Source: a virus. From it: a DNA stretch of 56,462 bases. The stretch is taken from IMG/VR virus record IMGVR_UViG_3300021139_000017; one strand, given 5' to 3'. Below are positions 1-7,054 of the stretch, in pieces. The translations under genes were made by a program, and so were the position numbers. Below the pieces are notes generated by a model. That model made no database searches and had not been told where the DNA came from. It was given only the letters and a program-made list of their open reading frames with translations. Position 1 is the first letter of the stretch, and every line of letters starts with the position of its first letter.

Positions 1-157
1 CCAAGTCAGCGACCAAGTCCGCGCCCAAGTCCGCAACCAAGTCAGCGACCAAGTCCGCGCCCAAGTCCGCAACCAAGTCAGCGACCAAGTCAGCGACCAA
101 GTCAGCGACCAAGTCAGCGACCAAGTCAGCGACCAAGTCAGCGACCAAGTCAGCGAC
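1..157 (+). repeat. 12-bp tandem repeat GACCAAGTC(A/C)GC and variants; continuation of the array at 56323-56462
   Basis: Direct reading shows about 13 consecutive 12-nt units. The last seven are identical (GACCAAGTCAGC). Confidence 0.95.
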
Positions 158-790
158 GTTATTCGCTACGGATTTTGGTATGACTTTGGCCAGTTCGATT
201 CATGGTGGTTGTCCTGGTATTACTTCATGGGCAAATGCGGCGTGGATGCTTCCAAACTCCAACCGTCATTTGACATGGCCAAGAACGCTGGATGGACGAT
301 TCTTTTTTGGGATTGGGCATTTGTGTCTGAAAAGCCGCAGTGCATTCACCGCGACGAACAGGGCCGGTTGCATTGTGAATCCGGCCCGTCCATTCACTAC
401 GAAGGCTTTGACGTGTTCGCCATTCACGGTGTTCGCGTGCCCGAAAAGGTGATTGTCGCACCGCAGACGCTGACGACTGCCGAGATTGACGCCGAGCAAA
501 ACGCGGAAGTTCGCCGGGTGATGATCGAACGCTACGGGCAGGATCACTACTTGATGGAATCCAAGGCGGCGAAAATCCATGAGGACGAGTTCGGCACACT
601 TTACCGCAAGGAAATCGTCGGCGACGAACCTCTCGTCATGGTCAAGGTCATTAATTCCACGCCGGAAAAGGACGGCTCATTCAAAGAATACTTCTTGCGC
701 GTTCCACCCACCATGCAGCGTGCCCGGCAGGCCGTGGCGTGGACGTTCGGCAAGGATGAAGCGGATTATCAGCCGGCGGCGCAATCCTGA
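1..790 (+). CDS. 3' portion of a junction-spanning gene: (Q-V-x-x)n repeat linker plus a conserved C-terminal domain of unknown function (recalled as DUF6745-like, unverified)
   Basis: Frame 2 is open from nt 2 to the stop at 788-790. It has the same codon phase (CAA GTC AGC GAC) as the ORF that starts at 56101 and runs off the window end. After removing the 54-nt overlap the joined gene is 1098 nt (365 aa). The C-terminal part (WDWAFVSEKP...DEQGRLHCESGPSIHYEGFDVFAIHGVRVP) looks like a widespread uncharacterised domain. Confidence 0.6.
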   Translation, partial: QVSDQVRAQVRNQVSDQVRAQVRNQVSDQVSDQVSDQVSDQVSDQVSDQVSDVIRYGFWYDFGQFDSWWLSWYYFMGKCGVDASKLQPSFDMAKNAGWTILFWDWAFVSEKPQCIHRDEQGRLHCESGPSIHYEGFDVFAIHGVRVPEKVIVAPQTLTTAEIDAEQNAEVRRVMIERYGQDHYLMESKAAKIHEDEFGTLYRKEIVGDEPLVMVKVINSTPEKDGSFKEYFLRVPPTMQRARQAVAWTFGKDEADYQPAAQS

Positions 791-793
791 TTT

Positions 794-1642
794 ATGCACG
801 CCCGCCCGATCCTATTCACCGGCGAGATGGTGCGCGCCATCCTTGCCGGCCGCAAGACGCAGACGCGGCGCACCATCACACCGCAGCCATCATCTGTTGA
901 ATACTGGGCAAAAGGCAAGCCAAGTGATCGGTTTAATGGCATGGCCGTGCTGCGCGATGCGGATGGCAGAGGCTGGTCCAGTTGTGGCGCGTTTCGCTGC
1001 AAATTTATCGCCGATGGAATGTGCGCCTTGCTCGGTGGAAAATTGGGGAACTCGAACCTTGAAGACAGGACCGAACGCAAATCGCTGCTCTGGGTGCGTG
1101 AGACATTCTGCAAGCCTGATAAACAGAATCCTCGTTATGCTGGAATGGTTGGAGATTATGTTTATCGGGCGGACTACGAATATCGGGAGCCTGCCAGAAG
1201 CGTATTGGTAGATTGCAAATGGAAGCCATCCATCTTCATGCCGCGCGCGGCTAGCCGCATCACACTGGAAATCGTCGCGGTGCGCGTGGAACGGTTGCAG
1301 GACATTAGTGAAAAGGATGCGAAGGCGGAAGGCGTCCAAGCCAGAGGCTTCAAGATTGAAATCTCGCCAAAAGACCTTTTGGAAATCTACATCAACCAAG
1401 GCCTCAAGTGTGCGCTCACCGGCTTGCCGATAGACTTCAAGGCGAAGAAGTGGTTTCACGGAACGGCATCAATAGACCGCATTGATAGCAAGAAAGGTTA
1501 TATCGCTGGCAATGTTCAATGGGTTCACACTGACATCAACAAAATGAAACTGGATTTTCAGCAAGATTATTTCATCCAAATGTGCCGCCGTGTGGCGAAC
1601 ATTGGCGGTATCTGGCTGGACGAAAACAAAGGAAAGGTATGA
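794..1642 (+). CDS. ASCH-like (PUA-fold) domain fused to an HNH-like nuclease module
   Basis: ATG at 794, 3 nt after the upstream stop. The N-terminus (PILFTGEMVRAILAGRKTQTRR ... LWVRETF ... WKPSIFMPRAASRITLEI) matches the phage ASCH-like family. The C-terminus (ASIDRIDSKKGYIAGNVQWVHTDINKMK) matches the phage HNH/homing-endonuclease-type motif. Confidence 0.6.
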   Translation: MHARPILFTGEMVRAILAGRKTQTRRTITPQPSSVEYWAKGKPSDRFNGMAVLRDADGRGWSSCGAFRCKFIADGMCALLGGKLGNSNLEDRTERKSLLWVRETFCKPDKQNPRYAGMVGDYVYRADYEYREPARSVLVDCKWKPSIFMPRAASRITLEIVAVRVERLQDISEKDAKAEGVQARGFKIEISPKDLLEIYINQGLKCALTGLPIDFKAKKWFHGTASIDRIDSKKGYIAGNVQWVHTDINKMKLDFQQDYFIQMCRRVANIGGIWLDENKGKV

Positions 1643-2304
1643 GTTACCACAGGAGACGGACCTTCTCTTTGAGCCTTGGCGATTGGCTGGATGACGAAGT
1701 GCCGATTGAATGGCTGGCAGAAATGTTGGACACCATCCGGCAATGCGCCGATGTGACGTGGATTCTCTGCACCAAGCGGCCGGAGAATTTTAAGGAGCGC
1801 CTGACGCGGGTGATGATGTGGTTTGAGAATACGCCCTGCACCAAACAAGGCACTGCTACATGGAACTGGGTTTTGAACTGGGTCACCGACATCACCGGGG
1901 TTTGCGCTCCAAAAAACATCATCCTGCTCACCAGCGTCGAGAATCAGGAGCAGGCCGACAAGCGCATCCCTGAACTACTCAAGATACCCGCCGTGTGCCG
2001 AGGCTTGAGCCTTGAGCCGCTGCTTGGGCCGGTGGATTTGGTTTCCAAAAAAGGAACAGCGGCTAACCGCTCAAGCTGGATAGCAAAACAATCGAACGAA
2101 CCAAATATCCATTGGCTCATCATCGGCGGCGAGTCAGGCCCAAATGCCCGCGAAATGGGACTTGGTTGGATTCATTCATTGGTCGCACAAGCTGATGCGG
2201 CTGGTGTTCCAGTGTTCGTCAAACAGGACAGCGGCAAAAAGTCTGGATTGCAAGGTTGCATACCTGATGAAATTTGGAACAGAAAGGAGTTTCCAAAACT
2301 ATGA
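1639..2304 (+). CDS. Gp37/Gp68 (DUF5131) family protein, apparently lacking the N-terminal Cys-rich segment
   Basis: ATGA start/stop overlap with the upstream gene. Motifs seen: FSLSLGDWLDDEVP, WILCTKRPENF, LLTSVENQ, RGLSLEPLLGP, WLIIGGESGPNAR, PVFVKQ. The family's usual first ~60 aa (IEWT...GC..CYA) are absent. Confidence 0.65.
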   Translation: MSYHRRRTFSLSLGDWLDDEVPIEWLAEMLDTIRQCADVTWILCTKRPENFKERLTRVMMWFENTPCTKQGTATWNWVLNWVTDITGVCAPKNIILLTSVENQEQADKRIPELLKIPAVCRGLSLEPLLGPVDLVSKKGTAANRSSWIAKQSNEPNIHWLIIGGESGPNAREMGLGWIHSLVAQADAAGVPVFVKQDSGKKSGLQGCIPDEIWNRKEFPKL

Positions 2305-3473
2305 ACCCGCAACCGACACTTTGGGAAGGGGAGAGGAAAACGCTGGCCGACTCGCTGGACATGACAGCGCAGAGTCTCAACGCTTACGGCGCGGATTACG
2401 ACCATTGGGCAATCGCATTCAGCGGCGGCAAAGACTCATCTGCGACCGTCGCCGCCGTGGTCTATCTCATCGAGCAAGGCAAAGTAAAAGCGCCGAAATC
2501 TCTAACGGTCATCATGTCTGATACTCGCATGGAATTGCCGCCGCTGTTCTCAACAGCCATGAAGATCATGGGCGAACTCAAGGCGCGCGGCGTCAAAACT
2601 CAAGTGGTCATGCCGAAAATGGATGACCGCTTTTTCGTCTATATGTTCGGGCGCGGTGTTCCGCCGCCGTCGAACACTTTCCGTTGGTGCACCGCGCAAC
2701 TCAAGATCGAGCCAATGGTGGATGCGTTCAAGGCGCTGCGGGATGAATACGGCCAAAAATTCTTGATGCTTACAGGCGTCCGCATTGGCGAAAGCGCAGC
2801 GCGTGACGCTCGCATCGCTGTTTCCTGTGGCAAGAATAATTCCGAGTGCGGGCAAGGCTGGTTTCAGGAAGCCACACCGGAAGCCGTCGCCGACACGCTC
2901 GCGCCGTTGCTGCATTGGCGTCTTTGCCATGTCTGGGACTGGCTGACCGGGCAGCATGAACTTGAACCACACGGATTTTCAACTTCACTTATTGCCGCTG
3001 TTTATGGGCAGGATGAAAACCTAGAGACACACGCCCGCACCGGCTGCGTTGGATGCAACCTAGCAAGCCGCGACTTCGCGCTTGAATCCATCATCCAGCG
3101 GCCACAGTGGAAGCATTATCACCCGCTGATGGAACTGCGGCTACTGTATGCCGAGCTAAAGCGTCCGCATTGCCGCCTACGCAAGGACGGCAGCGAAACC
3201 CGCCAAGATGGCTCGCTCGTCGCCAATCCGTGCCGCATGGGGCCGCTGACGTTCGACGCTCGCAGGTTCGGTCTGGCTCGCATCAAAGACATTCAGACCC
3301 GCGCTGGTGTTGACCTGATTAACGCCGACGAGGAAGCGCGCATCTTGGAATTGATCGAGTCGCAGACTTGGCCGCGTGGCTGGGATGGCAGCGAACCGAT
3401 GGCGTCGGACATCTTCGACAACGTGAACCCCGACGGCAGCGTCCAACCCATCATGCGCGAGTTGATGACATGA
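2301..3473 (+). CDS. DndC/SspD-like PP-loop ATP pyrophosphatase (PAPS-reductase superfamily)
   Basis: ATGA overlap with the upstream gene and an AAAGGAG Shine-Dalgarno site. SGGKDS P-loop, MSDTRMELPP, FGRGVPPPSNTFRWCTAQLKIEP and GVRIGESAARD are typical of DndC. GCVGC lies near the C-terminus. Confidence 0.75.
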   Translation: MNPQPTLWEGERKTLADSLDMTAQSLNAYGADYDHWAIAFSGGKDSSATVAAVVYLIEQGKVKAPKSLTVIMSDTRMELPPLFSTAMKIMGELKARGVKTQVVMPKMDDRFFVYMFGRGVPPPSNTFRWCTAQLKIEPMVDAFKALRDEYGQKFLMLTGVRIGESAARDARIAVSCGKNNSECGQGWFQEATPEAVADTLAPLLHWRLCHVWDWLTGQHELEPHGFSTSLIAAVYGQDENLETHARTGCVGCNLASRDFALESIIQRPQWKHYHPLMELRLLYAELKRPHCRLRKDGSETRQDGSLVANPCRMGPLTFDARRFGLARIKDIQTRAGVDLINADEEARILELIESQTWPRGWDGSEPMASDIFDNVNPDGSVQPIMRELMT

Positions 3474-3670
3474 ATTTGACTTTTGATTTTACCGGGTTAA
3501 AACCAAAATATCCCACCGCGCATAAATCGTCGGTGGATGGTCGTTCAATTTGCTGTGCTGTATGCAAACTGTTTTTTAACAGTTATGGTATTCCACAGCG
3601 CGTTTGGAACCGAATGAGTGAATGTCAGCGCGCGGATTATTCGAAAAATGAAACGCGAAACCACGTTTAG
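3470..3670 (+). CDS. hypothetical 66-aa protein
   Basis: ATGA overlap with the DndC-like stop. No recognisable motif. Overlaps the next gene by 23 nt. Confidence 0.35.
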   Translation: MNLTFDFTGLKPKYPTAHKSSVDGRSICCAVCKLFFNSYGIPQRVWNRMSECQRADYSKNETRNHV

Positions 3671-4121
3671 CCATTGCCGCAAATATCGCTACACCCTATG
3701 GCGCGAATTTGAATGCGATGATATTTTTCAGCCGGCACAGTTTTTTAATAGCTTTGCACAATTTATTTGTCTGAATCCTTCGACTGCTGACGAAAACAAT
3801 GATGATCCAACCGTGAGGCGATGCATTCAATTTTCAAAAGATTGGGGATATGGCGCTTTCTGCATGACAAACATTTTTGGATTTCGAGCGACTGATCCCA
3901 ACGTGATGAAGGCGCAGGATGACCCTATCGGCTGCGACAACACCAACCAGATTCGGGAAATTGCTGAACATGCTGGAATTATAATTGCCGCCTGGGGACG
4001 ACATGGATTTCATCTTTATCGCCAAGCTCAAGTTTTAGACGCACTTCAGCCATGGAAAGAAAAGGTCCATTGTCTTGGGTTGGATGGAATGGAAACAGGA
4101 TTGCACCCGCCATTCGGCTAG
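3648..4121 (+). CDS. DUF1643 family protein
   Basis: ATG at 3648. Motifs CRKYRYTLWREF, FICLNPSTADENNDDPTVRRC, GYGAFCMTNIFGFRATDP, IIAAWG and a C-terminal HPPF(G) match the DUF1643 pattern. Confidence 0.6.
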   Translation: MKRETTFSHCRKYRYTLWREFECDDIFQPAQFFNSFAQFICLNPSTADENNDDPTVRRCIQFSKDWGYGAFCMTNIFGFRATDPNVMKAQDDPIGCDNTNQIREIAEHAGIIIAAWGRHGFHLYRQAQVLDALQPWKEKVHCLGLDGMETGLHPPFG

Positions 4122-4269
4122 CAGTTATTGGCTGGCGAAGACTGGCGAAGCGGCGAAGATTGCAACTGCCCTGGCGCATTCTGAATCGGTCATGCGTAAA
4201 AATTATATGGCGCTCGTTACCCAGGCAGACGCAGAAAAGTTCTGGCTTTTGAAACCAAGCCTCATTTGA
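4075..4269 (+). pseudogene. C-terminal remnant of a tyrosine recombinase (integrase)
   Basis: The frame reads QDCTRHSASSYWLAKTGEAAKIATALAHSESVMRKNYMALVTQADAEKFWLLKP. This matches the conserved integrase C-terminus (HDLRHSFASywLa ... LGHS.s.m...hY ... A..fW), including the catalytic-Tyr position. The upstream ~300 aa of an integrase are absent, and the 5' end overlaps the DUF1643 gene. Confidence 0.5.
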
Positions 4270-4603
4270 CGATTTCCGCTTTCACTTCGCAAAGGCCGAG
4301 GGGCAACCCATTGAGTTTTGAAAATGCGGCCGGCGACAGATCAATGCGGCCGGCGAATCTCCGAGCAGGCCGGTCCGTGACGCGAACAATAACCCAGCAT
4401 CCATTGTGGGAATCAGTTATTCGCAACAATGTTCCCAACGGCCATTGCCACGTTGCACAGGTCATCGCAGACGGATCGAAATGGGATCCGGAAGACGCCA
4501 ACCTTCCTTCGTCGTCGAAACGCTCCCATGAAGCAATATCGCCGCACGCGCGCCAAAGCACGAATAACGCGGCAATGATCAAAATTGCGAGTTGTCGCCT
4601 CAT
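4262..4603 (-). CDS. RlpA-like double-psi beta-barrel lytic transglycosylase with an N-terminal signal/anchor (candidate endolysin)
   Basis: ATG at 4603. N-terminal hydrophobic segment AILIIAALFVLW. ASW...GRLASSG..FDPSAMTCA...PLGTLLRITDSHNGCWVIVRVTDRPARRFAGRIDLSPAAFSKL matches the RlpA/DPBB pattern. Confidence 0.65.
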   Translation of the reverse strand: MRRQLAILIIAALFVLWRACGDIASWERFDDEGRLASSGSHFDPSAMTCATWQWPLGTLLRITDSHNGCWVIVRVTDRPARRFAGRIDLSPAAFSKLNGLPLGLCEVKAEIVK

Positions 4604-4605
4604 GT

Positions 4606-5457
4606 TTATTGGGCCGATGCTGATTGTGCGGCAGAAGTCATTACTGCCAAAGAATTGGCATTGGCATCATCAATTTCGAAGGCAGGTATCACAGGATTGA
4701 TTCGGGTATGAGCGGCGCCCATTTCTTCAGCGGCAAGCCAAACCATTGAGTTTTCTGGGCCGCTATAGGCAATGTCGAACGTGACGGCCGCAACGGTGGC
4801 AATTGGTGGGTTGGTGAGGTCGGTTTTTGCCCAAGCCCACGGCGTATTTCCATTGCCGAGCGATAGCATTGTGTGGCTTTCATCGGGAGCCAGACGCCGC
4901 GCCTCTGATAATGCCAGCATGTCCGGCGCATTGAATCCGGTAGATCCACCATCCCAAAAGACATTATTTCCGATTTTGTGTGCTGGAAAATAGCTTTGTG
5001 CCGCACTGGATGCCATCATCACATCCACCATCAGCATTCCGCTATCAGGACCAATCACAATCTCGTCGCCGTCGAAACGACTTTCTCCATAACTCTGAAA
5101 ATAGGTTCTTCGGCCAGTTGTCATTTCATCGGCTGTGGCTATGAACTTGGTTTTGCAATCTGCCAGGGTTGCATTTCCAACCACCGACAGCAGCGCGTTA
5201 CGCAGATTGTCCGATGAATACTTTGCGGACGCAAAAATCCGGTTAATTGGAATCCACCATGCGCCTGAAAAAATGGTCGGGGCTGACTTGGTGAAGAATG
5301 ACGAAACATCCTTGATCCCGAGCGCGTAGCATCCCCCGACAATGCTGCCAACAGAAGTCCCGGCAATCAGGTCAAAATCCGGATGTCCTTTGGCGTTTAG
5401 AATCGCGCAATGCATAATCCCGCGAGTTCCACCGCCTTGGAGAGCCAGAATTTTCAT
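4606..5457 (-). CDS. patatin-like phospholipase
   Basis: Oxyanion motif LQGGGTRG, nucleophile elbow GTSVG and the catalytic Asp motif WDGG are all present in the expected order. No signal peptide. The stop is 2 nt from the RlpA-like start. Confidence 0.85.
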   Translation of the reverse strand: MKILALQGGGTRGIMHCAILNAKGHPDFDLIAGTSVGSIVGGCYALGIKDVSSFFTKSAPTIFSGAWWIPINRIFASAKYSSDNLRNALLSVVGNATLADCKTKFIATADEMTTGRRTYFQSYGESRFDGDEIVIGPDSGMLMVDVMMASSAAQSYFPAHKIGNNVFWDGGSTGFNAPDMLALSEARRLAPDESHTMLSLGNGNTPWAWAKTDLTNPPIATVAAVTFDIAYSGPENSMVWLAAEEMGAAHTRINPVIPAFEIDDANANSLAVMTSAAQSASAQ

Positions 5458-5664
5458 TTAGCAGACTTCTTGGCTGTTCGCCAGTTTCTTGCAGTTGCCC
5501 ACGATGGCCACGTCGCCATCGGCGAGCTTGATGTCTGCGCCGTCGCCGGGCGGCAGGAAGGCGACGATGCGCGAGATGTGCGTGTCACCGTCTGCCGAGC
5601 AGTAAAGCACCGTGTCGCCGATTTGCGCGACAGTCGAGCCGTTGGAATAGAATTTTTCACCCAT
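5458..5664 (-). CDS. hypothetical 68-aa protein, abutting the patatin gene
   Basis: ATG at 5664. Its stop codon sits directly against the patatin start codon. Composition looks beta-rich. Confidence 0.5.
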   Translation of the reverse strand: MGEKFYSNGSTVAQIGDTVLYCSADGDTHISRIVAFLPPGDGADIKLADGDVAIVGNCKKLANSQEVC

Positions 5665-5668
5665 AAAG

Positions 5669-6118
5669 TTATTGGGTTGCTTTTAATCCAGATGCTGTTC
5701 CGGCCAATATTGCTTCCAATGCAGCGGTCAATTGCGCATTTTGGTTCAGCGCGCCTTTGACCGTTCCCTGTCCGGCATACTGACTAAATTTCGTTGTAAT
5801 GGCATCCACCAGCACGGCGTAAAGAGCCTTGTCGCCTTGCACGTTTGCGGCCACCAGCGCATCCTTCACAGCGGCAGGATCCACAGTTCCGGTGGAAATG
5901 AGTTGACCAAGCACGGTGTCCACCAGCGCAATGTCAGTCTTGGCCGCAGGGTTCTGGGTGACATATTGCTCGGTGGCGACTTCCGCAGCCAATCGCAGGT
6001 TGCTTGGGTCGGTGATGGTTTGAACGATGACGTTGCCGTTGCTCGGCGCGGTTGAGCATCCGGTGAAAGCCAGTGCCGCAACGGCGGCAAGGCAGAGAGT
6101 CCATTTGTTGAATTTCAT
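5669..6118 (-). CDS. lipoprotein
   Basis: N-terminus MKFNKWTLCLAAVAALAFTGCS is a signal peptide with an FTGC lipobox. Confidence 0.7.
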   Translation of the reverse strand: MKFNKWTLCLAAVAALAFTGCSTAPSNGNVIVQTITDPSNLRLAAEVATEQYVTQNPAAKTDIALVDTVLGQLISTGTVDPAAVKDALVAANVQGDKALYAVLVDAITTKFSQYAGQGTVKGALNQNAQLTAALEAILAGTASGLKATQ

Positions 6119-6142
6119 ATTTGCGTTTTTTTTGGTTGATGA

Positions 6143-6625
6143 TTAAAAGCTGATTGTGGCTTGCACCGCTCCGAGCAACCCAGCTTTGTCAGTTGCACAG
6201 AATTTGTCTCCGGCCTCCGTCTCGATCCCCATATTTTTGGTAAGCCGAAATTCCAATGTGGCGTCAACGACGGTGTAATTGGAGCCATCGGTAAAATCTT
6301 TTCCCGCGCCCAATCTGCCACCAATAGCAAAACGCCAGAAAGGCCAGCGCACGTTGTAATCAACCTGGCTGTAATCAAACAAAAGCGCGTTGAGATGTGA
6401 AAAGCTGGTCACGCCGGCGCGGATGCCGCCGCCGTAGTGGATGGATTGCCAATATGTCCCGCCTAGTTCCGTTCCCGTGGACATGCGCGTAACAGGATGC
6501 GCGAATGAAAATGCCGGACCTGCCATAATTTCAATCTCGCTGGCAGCATAAAAATTCGTGCAAGATTGAGCTTTAGCACCGATGCAAATTACAAAAAACG
6601 CGATGAGTGTATAAAATATTTTCAT
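6143..6625 (-). CDS. small outer-membrane beta-barrel protein (OmpX/Ail/Lom size class)
   Basis: ATG at 6625 gives MKIFYTLIAFFVICIGAKAQ (signal peptide). The mature part is about 140 aa with alternating hydrophobic strands, Gly/aromatic girdles and a C-terminal ...ATISF (terminal Phe, BAM-type signal). Confidence 0.6.
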   Translation of the reverse strand: MKIFYTLIAFFVICIGAKAQSCTNFYAASEIEIMAGPAFSFAHPVTRMSTGTELGGTYWQSIHYGGGIRAGVTSFSHLNALLFDYSQVDYNVRWPFWRFAIGGRLGAGKDFTDGSNYTVVDATLEFRLTKNMGIETEAGDKFCATDKAGLLGAVQATISF

Positions 6626-6735
6626 AAAGTTAGGCTTTTCGACCTGCGCCTCACGCTCAACTCCTGATTCAATTCCATGAAATGGGTTGAGCCAGCCGGG
6701 TGAATTGGCAGTGTCTAACGCAGGACGAAAATTTT

Positions 6736-7053
6736 TCATGCTTTTGGTAAATTGCTTGGCGGCATTTCTGCCAAAATGCCTTTTATGTCATCCGCCGATA
6801 GCGAACCATTTTTTTGAATCGTCGTCATGGAGTTGTCCAGAAACGCAATAATTGTAGTGGCAATCGCCAAGACAATATTGGCGTGCATCTTTTGAATTTG
6901 CAGCGGTGTCATGGCGGAAACATCGTCAAAACCTTCAACGGATGCCATCCAGGCGTTGTGTGCCACGACGTAGAGGTAAATGGTCAGCCGCACGGTGGCT
7001 ATCCGCCAATAAAGCGGCAGCGATTCAAAGAAGTTTTTAAGCGGGACTGGCAT
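6736..7053 (-). CDS. two-TM membrane protein (holin candidate)
   Basis: Hydrophobic segments WRIATVRLTIYLYVVAHNAWMA and ANIVLAIATTIIAFL, with a charged C-tail. Lies between the fibre genes and the lysis enzymes. Confidence 0.45.
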   Translation of the reverse strand: MPVPLKNFFESLPLYWRIATVRLTIYLYVVAHNAWMASVEGFDDVSAMTPLQIQKMHANIVLAIATTIIAFLDNSMTTIQKNGSLSADDIKGILAEMPPSNLPKA

Positions 7054-7054
7054 A

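Noticed and set aside
1-157. Possible CRISPR array, because of short regular repeats at both window ends
   Set aside because: The units are contiguous 12-bp repeats with no spacers, they lie in frame inside a gene, and no cas genes are present.
579-1211. 210-aa plus-strand ORF overlapping the end of the repeat-protein gene and the ASCH-HNH gene
   Set aside because: It is out of frame with two motif-bearing genes and has Arg/Ser/Pro-rich composition.
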